Assembly: GCA_964035545.1 (NCBI GenBank)
Contig: OZ037767.1
Location: 22,584,628 to 22,648,627, forward strand
From: Bugula neritina
Lineage: Eukaryota > Animalia > Bryozoa
DNA length: 64,000 bases
Direction: 5' to 3'
The notes below the pieces were generated by a model. That model was not told the DNA's origin and did no database searches. It saw nothing but the letters and a program-made list of their open reading frames with translations. Below are positions 1 through 35,863 of this stretch, piece by piece (position 1 is the stretch's first letter; each line of letters opens with the position of its first letter). The position numbers were made by a program, and so were the translations under genes.

Positions 1-295
1 ATAGTACTATTTGTAATACTCATTGTCACTTACATCTGCTATACCAGTTAGTCATTAGTGGAACTCAGTGTGAATTTGTTCTGCGGTGTTTCTCAAACTT
101 TTGTCAGTTGGGCGAAAAGTATTCAAATCTCGCTGGAGCTAAAGCTAAGCAACCAAACTTTTCATCTCAATTTATATATAATAGTTTTTTCTAAGGAATT
201 TGTGTTCATGCGTGTGTATATTAAAACTTTGTTGTGTATATTTATTAAGTTCATATTTTAACAAGCTCAAGTGAGTTATTTTGATTATTTGATAG

Positions 296-555
296 CTAAA
301 CCATCACCTGAGTCTGCTGGAACTAAGGCTAAAGAGAAATACAAGATGGTGGAGGATGAGGAGATTGAGATTGTAGCAGAAGATGATGATGGTGGTAAGA
401 ATAGTCAAGCTCCTAACAAATCTCCGACAAATAACTCGGGGGTGAAATCCTCTAAGCAAGGTTCTCCCAAGAAACCAACTTCTAAACAAGCTAAGACTAG
501 TGACAGTTCTACAAAGAGCAAGAAGGAACCCAAGAAACAAAAAGAAGAACTTTAA
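296..555 (+). CDS. Terminal exon of an unidentified gene running in from the left; charged, low-complexity tail ending KEEL (KDEL-type ER retrieval signal)
   Basis: Acceptor tttgatag|CT AAA CCA at 294-295 (phase 1). Open frame (A)KPSPESAGTKAKEKYKMVEDEEIEIVAEDDD...KKEPKKQKEEL to TAA at 553-555. AATAAA at 895-900. Confidence 0.7.
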
Positions 556-1339
556 TCTCGGCTCATTCGGATTTCTTTTGTGAATATGATTTTTAGGAAA
601 TTTCATTTTATAATTTACTTTGTGACTCACAAAGTGTTAAATTTGTAGAGGCTTGATTTATCAATGAATACTTAACTATGAATTATAATCTTTCACTATA
701 GAGTGAATGAGTTATTTAACTTTTGAAGTGAAGTTAGTGTTAACTGGATATGTGTTACAAATTTCTTTGTTTTACTCTGTCAATCATACTTTATGTGCCT
801 AACTTTTACTTTTTGCTGTTTTAATTTTCAAATAACTGTCTGGAACAACAAGAACCTTAATTAGTGAAATGAAGCACTTAGTCTTGAACATTACAATAAA
901 GAAACACACAAATATTCAGTTCAATCTATCTTCGGGTAATAAAATGTTGTCAGGACAGTGTCATATAAACATTATTCACTGCTGCAAGCCAAGTAACCCG
1001 TGACAGCACGGGAGAAGATAACTCCATGTGTTTGACATGAAGCACAATTGTGGAAATAAGCTCCATCTTAATATTTACTCCATTGCTTGATTTCAGGTCT
1101 AAAACCTATGCTTATAACGTCATTGCTATTGCAATCATCTATAGTAGTTGTCTACTCTTTCCTAAACAGTTATTTCAAGAACAGACGTAGCTATGTTTAC
1201 AGAATAGCTGTGTATAAATGTCTCGCCTATCAGCCAGCATTGCATGCATTTTCTGTACGTGAATAAACAAACCTCTGCAATTTGCATAATCTATATGACA
1301 TGCTATAAACTGTTGTAATACAATGTTTGAGTTGTCCTC

Positions 1340-1633
1340 TCACAGCTCCTCTTTCCTGTTCAGGAATACCGTCACTTTAGGAGCTTCCGGGTCAGATTTT
1401 CCTGGAAGGGTATGTATAGTAGGGGGACGTGGGGCTGGCTTGTAATCTTGAGCACATCTGAAGCCAATGTTCTGAGATGTAAAACCTAGTGGTCTAGCGA
1501 GTCTATAACATAATACAAATATAACAATGACTCACTGCACTAAAACACTATTCAACATTATTTTAATGTTTATTGCTTACATTGTCATAACTCTTAATAT
1601 GGGCATAGCAAATAGTAACTGCCTGTATTTGTG

Positions 1634-1699
<66 letters not shown>

Positions 1700-4600
1700 C
1701 CCATTAGCATTGTTATTGACTAACTGCTAATAGTTGATAGAAATGCGGTGTATGTATTTGAGATTTATCCAACAGCTGAATGCTACCTTTACTAATTGGG
1801 TACCAAAATTGGTAAATAAATCCTACACTATTTGTTATTAGATAATGTATACTGTAGAGCGTAGACTGAATATAAGCCCTTACCTATTAGATAATCTGGC
1901 TGCATGGTTTATGTGTGCAGTGTCTTCTCTAAAGTCTATGAAGGAAGCGCCTTTGAGTACATAGTATTTCTGGCCAGGGTAAGAAGCTGACAACTCCAAG
2001 CTCAAATTTCCAATATTCTCTTTCTGGAAAGGAGTAGCTGTCCATTCCCATGTGTTCCCCAGTACATCATACATTCCTTAATTAGAATTAGACTATGGGA
2101 ATTACTGCAGGGCATAATTTCATAACATATTTACTTGAAGTACCTGATAAGTTATCAGTATGTTCACTGATAGAGCAACCACCACCAGCACTCCTTTTAC
2201 TATTTTTAATACAACTAGTACTTTCACCACTATTACTAGTGCTACTACTTCTGCTACTGCTACTACTACTTCTACTGCTACTGCTACTTCTACTGCTACT
2301 GCTACTTTTACTGCTACTGCTACTTTTACTGCTACTGCTACTTTTACTGCTACTGCTACTTTTACTGCTAGGTACTGCTACTTTTACTGCTACTGCTACT
2401 TTTACTGCTACTGCTACTTTTACTGCTACTGCTACCGCCACCACCGCCGCCACCACCACCACCACCAGCAGCAGTAGTAGTAGTAATAATAGCAGTAGCA
2501 GTATTAGTAGTAGTAGTATTACTAGCAGTAGTAGTACTAGAAGTAGTAGTATTACTAGCAGTAGAAGTACTAGTAGTAGTAGTTTGCATGTCTCACCGTA
2601 GGCATTTTGCTGCTCAAAGGCATCCACTGGGGAAAGATGTTTGTACCCATCATACATCTTATTCTCTAATGGAAATAGTCCCTGTATTATAGGGAAAGAA
2701 ATATGTTTATCATCAGTCGTTACTATACTTATTTTATTTTAGTATACTATATATAGATTCAATAAACTATAAAACAAACATGAACAGCATTCATATTTGG
2801 TTGTTTTATGCAATCTCCATTTATTGGTATGACAATAAATTGTTGCTACACAAAATATGCAAGAATTTGAGTTATATGCAAATTTGTAAGACGAGTTTTT
2901 AGCTAATCACCACACTTGATTTTTAGGATACTGCATTGCACATGTTCAGAGAAATCAGTTTTTCTATTATTGGAAAGAATTGTGCTATATATTAAATAGC
3001 ATTGAAACGGAATAAATTTCTTTTAATATAAATTTATTTCAATGGTAAAAAGTATCACACAAGTGCAAGTACACATGCACTCGTTGACAAGTAATTTGGT
3101 TGAATTTAGGCAGGTTTCTAACAACAGCTGTGATAAGTAAATGCAACAGCTGTTGTGCTTCAGAAAACTACAGCTGTAAACAATGACAGCAATTATTAGC
3201 AGTTATAACTATTTTTAACTTTGAAATGGTAAAATACAAATAAATTCAAATTCATCATTAAGTTAAAAATTGGTTATTTGATAATAATATACCTTCGGGT
3301 TACAAAAATAAACCTAAATTATGCAATTTTTCTTGTAAATCAATATTTGAAAATATTTATTCTCTAAAGGATTTTTTGTCGCAAGGTTGTTTTTGGAAAC
3401 AACTGTTATTACTTTTTAAATTATAACAGTTAGTCCTATGTTCACATACCTGCCATAGATTAGTTCTCTTGGAACTAAAATCATCTCCCCATGGATATGG
3501 TGTCCCTAAAAATCAGGCAATGAATATATGACATGTTACGGATACTAAGTGTTAAATGCATGAGCATGTATAGAAGCATAAATAAATGTACTGTAAGTGT
3601 AGTATCTGTTCTATTGTAGGTATATGATATCATAATTGCAAGGTTATTTGATTTTGTATAAACATAAAATGTTTTTCTTTATACTATATTGTAGAACATG
3701 CAAATTCTACTATATGTTGGTTAAAACAAAGTATTACATGTCATTATAATATCGCAGAAATATTTTAGCAATTAAACTTCTTTCAAAGTTCTCTATCTAA
3801 AACTGGTTAAAATTACCAGCAGCATCATAATAATGAATTTGTTATATTTTAGAAATATTAACCAATGTAGCCATCACATAGGTTTTTAAGTGGATAGAAT
3901 TATAACCACTCTTTTTAAAACGTACTTTTGAGTTTTATATATTGGCTACACTTGTTGCCTCCATCTACATTCTACAACATAGCCATATCATGATAGTTGA
4001 AGCAGATAAAAATACATAAGCCCCCCCTCTTTTCTTTTAAGGGCTACAGGTGATTCGTCTACCTACTACATACTTTCACCTTCACCAGACTGTATCAGTA
4101 TAACAAGACAATGTACCTTTTAGGCCGCCACGAGCAGCAAACTCCCACTCAGCTTCTGTTGGCAATCTTTTACCACTCCATTGGCAAAATGTCTCTGCAT
4201 CCATATGACTGATGTGTACCACAGGGTAGTGCATTCTGTTAGCTAAGGTAGATTTAGCTCCTTCAGGCTACACACCACAAACACAATGTTTATGGAAGTT
4301 GTGCTCTCAACTAAAGAATATGAATATATAAATCGGTAGTCTGACTACTTACCCGACTCCACTTGGCACCGCTTACAGCAAGCCACCACGGCTCTCCTGG
4401 GATCTTCTTCTCATGCAAGATCTGAGATTCATTTGTCACTGCCGTGGCAAACACGTAACTGTATTTGTTTTTCTGTGCAATTGTTCTACTCTTATATCCC
4501 GTCATTTGCTGAAATCTCCTGGTATAACGTGTATAGGGAATATATTAGTTGTATACAGGCTTGTTTTTATTGAATTATTAAATCAGAGAAGACTTTCTAG

Positions 4601-6100
4601 TTTTACAGCAACTTTGCATGGTATTAGCCTACATAAAAAGTTATAATATACTTATTTCATGTTCAATGTCAACTTTAAGTAACACAGTGCTATTTTAAGC
4701 ACACTAATGAATTTTTCTTTTACTACCTGTTAGTTTATCTTGAAAACAAAGTACTTGTAAAGCCTTATAACTTTTGCCACTACGCTCGCAAACACACTAC
4801 ATAGTTTTAAACATTCATTTGAGTTATTTTATTTCAGTGAAAGTGTATTTATAATTTTTTGTGGTTAGTAAATTTATTAGTATACCCTTTGCATCACCCA
4901 AAACACTTTTCATACAGCATAATTCCTTAAAATAAGAAATTTATTTATATTTCAACGGCAACATTATTAGAAAGCAAAATCTCATTTCTCTAAAAGACCT
5001 TCTGTTACTACTAGTTAAAGCTAGGTCAGCAAAACAAGGTGACGCACAGAAAATCTTAGTTAAATTACAGCCAATCTATGTGTAGCTTTTATTGCTTCAA
5101 CCAATCATAATTAAAGCCAAAATCATTATTCATTTTAGACTTTTTAATCAGCCGTATTGAAGTTAGTTGTTTGATATAGGCTATTTTTCTTCATTTTGTT
5201 TTTTATTGTTGCATTATTTGATTTTATTATACTTTAGCAATTTCTTCTATTTCAAATTTTTTAATTCATGTATTTCTATGACATTTAAGCACCATAATTC
5301 TGACATTTAATAAGTTAAGACTGTTGCCAGGCAAACAAATTGACATTTTTTAGAGCTGCCCAATATACTTACCACAAATACTATGCTCACTAATAACTTA
5401 GCTTACCAGTATTGTGAATTGGTGACGGGATATTTATCAATAACAAAGGATTTCATTAACAGTTTCTTTGGAGGATATTCCCCACTGTCGGCAAACATTG
5501 GATTTGTATTCCCCATTTGAAAACGTTTTCCTTCTATCTTCACTGTATCTTCATAAACTTGGTATTTCCAGTAACCTTTAAAATAACATTTTTGAGTAAA
5601 AGAACAATTTGAAAGTATATTTTACTTATGTTTAATTTTATTGTGTTTTTTATTATTGTAAAAACTAAAAATATCAAGTATTGTTTCAATGCGCTATTAT
5701 ACCAACGGCATTTGTACTGTAAAATGACTAAATTTATATTATGTATAACATCCTTAGAGCTTATATGACCTATTATAACATATTAACATGTTCAAAGATA
5801 ACATTAAATTATTTATAGAATATAACATATAACTAAGCAGTTATGCTTAATATTTTTTATTTACTAATGGTATCAGACTGCATATTGTAGTTGCTGTCAC
5901 ACACAACTAACGCTTGAAACAATAAAACTCTAATATATATATGTAAGCTAAACAGTTAAACACTCTTTTCCCACAAGTAAACGTATAGTATGTACTTTTG
6001 TACATATTTCACCTTCAAACATGTTTTCTTCCGATATAACTAACCCAGCAAGGGAAAGCCAAATCACTATGGCGATGAGATGTAACAGTTCAAACTTCAT
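1340..6100 (-). CDS. SUMF2: SUMF2-like inactive formylglycine-generating enzyme paralog (pFGE), 8 exons, ~356 aa, signal peptide and C-terminal KEEL
   Basis: Exons 6100-6013, 5575-5407, 4518-4353, 4267-4117, 3505-3450, 2681-2597, 2076-1884, 1502-1340, all GT-AG with consistent phase (1071 nt). Signal peptide [26 protein letters not shown]-sulfatase motifs [66 protein letters not shown]. The active-site loop reads [24 protein letters not shown] (SUMF2 type) and lacks the SUMF1 catalytic cysteines. Confidence 0.9.
1637..1696. repeat. (TA)n microsatellite in SUMF2-like intron 7
   Basis: About 60 bp of uninterrupted TA. Confidence 0.95.
2215..2585. repeat. Compound low-complexity array (CTACTG / 18-mer ACTGCTACTGCTACTTTT, then CCA/CCG, then TAG/CAG) in SUMF2-like intron 6
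   Basis: Directly visible; source of the poly-L/T/S/V ORFs in the track. Confidence 0.9.
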
Positions 6101-8531
6101 CCCTGCTTCACTGTGAGTGGAATAATGTGAGATATATAACTGTCTAAGCAGTTGAGCCAATGTTTCTATATCTTGCGAAGTAGAAAGTTTAGAGAAAGTG
6201 TATAGCCCCAACCCACCCACAACAGAAATTAATTTGAGGATTATAGCTATTCTTGAGTTTGTTCAAGAGTGCAGCTGTTGCTGTTTATTGAATGTGTTGT
6301 ATTTCCAGCTCATCATAACCAGTCTCTCTGTTATACTATATGCTGTGCACACGTGTTGTACTCTGATTGGAGGGTTGTTATGTACATGTATATACAGCAT
6401 GTAACCACGACTAGCTTCGCTATTGTGCATATGGACCCTCATCACTGATTTTTTTCTATTTTTCAACCTATGACATAAACTACTATTTGATGAAAATACA
6501 AACAAACAAACGTATTGCAGCAACAACATGTGGGCTGCAGATTTTAGGTTTTTCTATAAAAAGGAAAGAGAATATAAAGGATTAAGTATAAGTTTTGACA
6601 AGAAATGTTCAGGTTTCAAAGTAATTTCAAGGAGTTGTCTATACTATTAACACACAGCTACACTTACAATAATACCAGCAGTAGACAGTTTTATAGAGGC
6701 CATATGATATTAAATAAACACTTTGATTTAGTGACAACCTTATTTGGTCATTGCGAACACATGGTGCAGCTGCATGTATAAATACAAGTGATTCTATTAG
6801 CAGCTTATCATTAAAATTATTCAAATAAGTTATCACAAGCATTAATTGCTAAGATAAGGTGTTGTGATTGTAGGATTGAAAATGAAACTGTTATTAAGTG
6901 TAGGTAAACACACGAGCACATAGTTTTCAATCTATTATTCATTTAAGTAACTCAAGTGTTTTTGACTATCGGCTTCAAGTAAACTCAATAGGCTTGTTAA
7001 CTTGACGTGACTTGAAGTGAAAAACATTTTTCAAGTTAAATAGTATTATTAATTTTCTCAATTAATTTTCTAGCTATATCTATAAGTAATTGTTATTGAA
7101 ACTGCAACGCCTTGTTATTACCTTAACAAAAACGACTTTACAACAATCAACTACAACTTAAAACTGAACAAGTTGAACCGTGTAAAAGTAGTGATCATAT
7201 TCCCAATAATATAAACATAAAATTTAAGGTATCCTGAACGGTAAATGCAAAATTATTTGTAATTAACTTGCAGTTTTAGCTGAAATTATCTAACAAAATT
7301 TTGCTAAATTGACCAACTGCAACTAAGTTCAACTTTAATTAATGGTCTGGTAGAGAATATTATTATGATAGCTTTTGAAAAAAGTTGGTTCTAAAAGTGA
7401 ATGAGATGATAAAACTGGTATGTCTGATGAATATAAAAAGCTGATACTGTAAGTTTAACCATAAACAGCAAGAAGTTTAAGCAGTAGAATATTCTATATC
7501 CAACTTGCTAATGATGGCTGTTAGAAAATACAATGCAACTGGAGTAGGTTATGTTTTCAACAAACCTTAGCAAAACCGGAGCACAGTTTAAAATGTCATG
7601 CAGATATTATTCGTTCATCATCACTAGATAACTGACACATTATTAGCAAAGCATTTGATTTCTTATGGAGCCTACAAATGTTATTCTCTATTACTTGCTT
7701 CTGCATATTATAGCTATTAATCAGGGAGTTGTCATATCTATATTATAGCTATTATTTGCCTACTCTATATTATCAGTAAAAGCTGACACACTACCTGCAA
7801 CGTGTTAAGCTCTTACATTATTCTCCAATACTTACACCCAGAGACTGTAGCTATTTAATTATTTGAGCTAGGAGTTGTTTCACCAATGTAAGGTGTAGGT
7901 TCTAATATCATCATCTTTATTTTAAAGAAGCTCAGATAACAAGAAAACCTGTTTGTCAAACAAACAGAATCACCTGCCTCCAGTCAAGATAAGGAGGTGA
8001 AATGGAATGCTAAGACTCTCTCCCCTCCTCCACACTGCATGCTATTTCACCACACTATGCTACTTTTAGTGTGATAAGATAAATGGATCAATTATAAGAT
8101 TAAAATGGTTGAAGCTTGCTACATCAGCTTAAATGATTCATTGAAGCATGATGTCAGTCAGTTGGGCACATCAATAATTACACACACGCACACCTATATG
8201 CGCCTATATAATATGCACCTACATATGCACCTATATATGCGCCTAGATATACGCCTATATGTATGCATATATACACTACAGCGTTCTACATTCTACCATA
8301 TAAAAATTGCCAAAGCCTGATATAAGATCAAGTTTGCAAATAAAAGCTAGTGAATTGTTTGATATTACATTAATAGCTAATATGTTTGCTAATGTTACAC
8401 AAAGCAAATACAGAACTTAACTTCCTTAATGTAAATACAGCACCTGGATGTTTTAGGTCAACTAAACTGACTATGAAATTCTAGCACACTTTTTGCACAA
8501 ACCAAAAGTTAGGCCTAAATATTTTGTGTTG

Positions 8532-9012
8532 TGTTACATGTGTGTTCTGCCATGAATTGTTGTGACTGCTGATAATGTTACTGTGTCAGCTGATAATTGT
8601 TGATGCGTCAGCACGGGTGCTGTTTGACACGGATGCCTATGTATTGTAGTAGATTTGTGGGTTATAGAATGAAATCAGGCAGAGAACATAACTCCTTGTT
8701 ATAGAAGAGACAAGAGAGAGAGGTTGCCGTGTGCTTGCAGTACTTTATTGTAGTAGAGAGAAGTGTCTAGTGTGAGCTCCAGTCCGCAAGTGACTGAAGC
8801 TCTAAAATGCGTGTCCTTTTATACCAGTGGAACAAAGGACTTCTAGAACCTTCTACCGACAGCTGGCCGATGTTCGGCAGGGAATGGCGACATTCGTCAT
8901 GTCGGTAACCGACACTGATCATGTCGGCAACTGACATTCGGTTTGTCGGCATCCACCTGCCGAAATCGGTCCAACTGAGATCCAGATGGTTGGCTTGAGC
9001 TTGTGCCAGACA
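8532..9012 (-). mobile_element. Probable 3' LTR of the Bel/Pao element
   Basis: On the minus strand: TATAAAA (8823-8817), AATAAA (~8748-8743) and a terminal TGTAACA ending at 8532. The 5' boundary is uncertain (several TGT candidates at 8890-9012), and there is no second LTR to confirm it. Confidence 0.5.
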
Positions 9013-11720
9013 CTGAATAACTAACTTCACTACTGTGACCAAGCCCATTCACACTGTGACTTTGTAGATAGTGCTCAGGCAGTATTTCTTCCAATACTTC
9101 TAAGTTCTCATGAGCGTTAACATTGCTTTGTACTTGAAGCTTACGAGCTTCATGAGAAACCCGATCGCTGCCTTCAATTTGTATTAAATTAAATCTTGAA
9201 GAGGATCGAATTGAATCGGTCATTGGTTCCTGCAACATTATTCCAAATGTGTTTTCCATAATCCTTAATCCTTGTTCTGTCTTGACCACTGTTCTTTCTG
9301 ACATTACAAACGCATTGTCCAACCCTATGAAGATGTCAACAGTTGATGATTTCCTGTACAAAAGTTGTAGGTCAATGTCAGGGAAGATCTGGGCTATCTT
9401 AGTGCTGTTTGGTATCTTAACAGGATCACTTGTTATTTTGTCAATGTCATAAGCAGTCACTCTTTCTGTCTTACCTTCCTGATTGATCAGCTTTATTTCA
9501 TATAGCTTCGTCTTAAGATTTTTAATCTTGTCCCCTAACACTGCAATGCTTAGTGAAATATTGCTTTTCACTGGCTTTGCTTGTGTTCGCTGGACTGCAT
9601 CAAGACTGATGTACTATGAATTAGAACCACTGCCATACATGAGTAGTGCTGTGGCATTGAGCCCCTCTACAGGAACCTCTTGGACGGGAAAAATAATTCC
9701 TTCTACAGTAGGTTGTACCAGATGATTGTTGACAATTGTTCCCACAGCTTTATGGCATGTATTTTCTACTTTTGCTTGATATTTTTGTCTGTTACATAGC
9801 AATGAATGATGGTAATTGTCATTACAATTACTGCAGCTGTTTCGTGACTTGCAATCTTTCCTTCTATGAGCACCAAAACATTTAAAACAAGCTCTGTTGG
9901 TTTTCGCTAACTCAAATCTATCATCCATCGACATGCTATGAAATACTTTACATTCTTTAGTTGAATGCTTAGCATGAACATGAATTAAGCAATTTTGGCT
10001 ATCGCTTTGAGATTTTGTATGGAAAGTCAACGTTTTTACATGAGTTTTATTCTGTTTTACCACGTAGGTCTTGTTTTCATCAACATATATCTGACGTTCA
10101 GCTAACCGTGATACTGTTCGTCTGCGGTCTTCAATGAATCCCATGAAACTTGGCAATGGGTGAACTTTGCGCTCAACACTCAAGCTTTCATATATCTCAC
10201 ACCATTGCTCTTTAATAAAATTAGGTAGCTTATCAACCAGCTCGTCAATGTGCGACATTGTAATGGCAGATGTCTGACCAATTTCTGCAAGTTGGCTGTA
10301 GCATTGCTCTATCTCATTGACAAACTGAACTAGCGCCCTGTGGTCCTCGCTCAATACTGATTTTAATCTGCTCAATTCATCATATACACTCTGCACACAC
10401 AAGCTCACATCACTGTACTTTCTCTCTAGCTTATCCCATTGTCGCTCATAGGCATTAGGCTGGTGTGAATATATGGATTTTATGCAGTCGAATGCTGCAC
10501 CACTAAGACTGCTTCTAAGAGCTGCTGCTCTTTCTTCTTCTGTTTGAAACTCAAAAGCCGCGTAACGCCTCCAGACTGTGCAAAACTCGGGTCATTCTTG
10601 GCGTATGCCACTAAATGTAGGTGGGGGGGGGGGTATTTTTTAAATTTAGAATTGCAAGCATATTTGCGATTAACAGGCTCATTGCTTTCGTGCCGTGATT
10701 TACTCAATGAAAAGTTATTGGGTGGAGGTTCGTACCCTGCATAAGCTGAAACAATGGAGAATCGTTCGCTGGTAAGATCTCTAGATGGAATTGCATAACG
10801 TGGAGACTGGAGTTTGCTTGCGCTATTGTTTGCTAAATAAGAATAATCTACTTGCTCATCCTTATTTACAGGATATATATTCAAGTTGCCATCAGTTAGT
10901 GTTTGTTCAGGTTGCAAAGCCCCACCGAATGAAACACCCGCTACACCTCGAACACCATCTCGCCCCAGCCGATCCTGCGCCGCATGCCCGTTATCGGTGC
11001 CAGACAAAACAGTTGAACTACTATTACGACTAACAGGCAAATGTGAAATGTTTCCACGAGCTCAGAATGAGGTTTGCATTTCCAATATTAAATTTTTTAG
11101 ATCTACATGAACTTGCCCAGCTATATCAAAATATTTCTTAGATAATTCCTTACATAAAAAATATGTTCGTTTGAAATATCACAGTCATTTGACTCGTGTA
11201 GCATTTGCTCAGCAGTGGTACATGCAAACTCAATGTCATACTCTACTGGCTTTAACTTAACTCGATTAAAAGTAGTAATGGCCTCATTGTAGTTTTGTCT
11301 CAATACATCATAATAAGCATTCAAGTCTAAAGAGGAGACAACTCTGTACTCTGCATATTTATCATCTGCCTCAACTAGTTCGCAATAACGTGTGTGAATG
11401 TCATTAAATTCTGAGTAAGCTTCATTTAACTGTTTATATAACTGCTGAAAAAATTCTAAGTCACTGGAGTTGGAAGTACTTGGCTTTCTGCCTAATGAAG
11501 TTATACTGATCTTCAACTTCGATCTTTGTAACTTCAGTTATATAATTTCCTCTTTGTCCTCCATGTCGAGTGGGTAGACTACTATCTTTCAGAATAATTG
11601 TTACAATAGGAGTCTAAGTCTGAATGTGAGCTCAAGTCTAAGTCTAACTTAGAAAATATACTGTTGGCAATAGACAAAAAATAGAGTTGTGACCTGCTTC
11701 TGTGTCCTCCATTCATTCAC
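8532..11720 (-). mobile_element. Decayed, internally deleted Bel/Pao LTR retrotransposon (gag + protease only; no RT, RNase H or integrase)
   Basis: gag ATG at 11564 (MEDKEEII*LKLQRSKLKISITSL). DUF1759-like PPTFSGIRQE*PEFCTVW...WDKLERKYSD after a frameshift at the G-run ~10623-10633. Three Bel/Pao-type knuckles CLIHVHAKHSTKEC, CFKCFGAHRRKDC, CSNCNDNYHHSLLC. Protease LLMYGSGSNS*YIS with the catalytic D replaced by G, then VDIFIGLD and ENTFGIMLQ. Element boundaries are approximate. Confidence 0.85.
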
Positions 11721-11870
11721 TTAATGAGGGGTGAATGGATGGAGGACACAGAAGCAGGTCACAACTCTATTTTTTGTCTATTGCCAACAGTATATTTTCT
11801 AAGTTAGACTTAGACTTGAGCTCACATTCAGACTCATACTCATACTTAGACTCCTATTGTAACAATTATT
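11593..11870. repeat. Long near-perfect inverted repeat (foldback)
   Basis: Left arm 11593-11720 (128 bp), 10-nt spacer TTAATGAGGG, right arm 11731-11870. Arms differ by one mismatch and a 12-nt insertion (CATACTCATACT) in the right arm. Confidence 0.95.
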
Positions 11871-12647
11871 TTGACAATTAAGTATAGATTGCCTGCATCT
11901 TTAGCAGGAGGAAAATTGAGCTACACTGACTCATCGAACAAAAACTCTCAGTAAATATAGCTATCGCGAAAGCTTTCATAAATAGCTTTTGTTACACAAT
12001 GGTTTTCTGAAAGCTACCAAAAAGCTACTGCAACAATTGTCTCTCCAGACCTTTTTGAGTCCGGTTATTGACAGAGATGCAGTTGAATTTGTCCGTCAAC
12101 AGTTTTAATGTCGCTCACAGACAAATTCAAATGTAGACCATTTCTTTTCTTTTCCCAGTGTTTTAAGTTTTTGCTAGATTACCTACATAGAACTTAATAG
12201 CATGAGAAACAGCTACTCGAAGATAGTGGTGTACGTAATAGATTGGTTTGATGTAAGTTAAGACTGTTGAATAAAGTAAACATTGTGTAACATCACTATA
12301 TGTAAATTTACTAAATCATATCAGACGACTAACCTTTACACCCTTATCAGTGTCACGTTGTTGTTAGTTAGCTTTCCTCTTGATTTTGACATTACTCGAT
12401 CTCCAGGTGCTGAACAGGTATGTTGTGCATGTTTGGTGGCTCTTCATTTTTAAAAAAAAATGCCACTAGCTGTTTCTTCTATATGTTGCTAATTATTCTA
12501 TACTATATTGTATAATGCAAACCCAAGCTTGAATATATTATTTTCTACTCTCCAAATAATTTCCAAATAAAAAATATTTTTATATTAGACCTGTTTATTT
12601 AGTGTACTTGTTGTTTTAGGACTGGGGCTTCTTCTCAACAATCTAAC

Positions 12648-35863
<23,216 letters not shown>

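Noticed and set aside
2088-2657. Overlapping poly-L/V/T/S ORFs, and the similar ORFs at 18165-18680, 48581-49223 and 53420-53691
   Set aside because: Translations of intronic microsatellites; only the short parts overlapping real exons are coding.
1340-6100. Assignment as catalytically active SUMF1/FGE
   Set aside because: The catalytic Cys pair of the GGSYxCxxxxC loop is absent; the loop is SUMF2-type.
9614-10408. Domesticated gag gene
   Set aside because: Flanked by in-frame stops and a frameshift within the same polyprotein, with no splice or start context that would rescue it.
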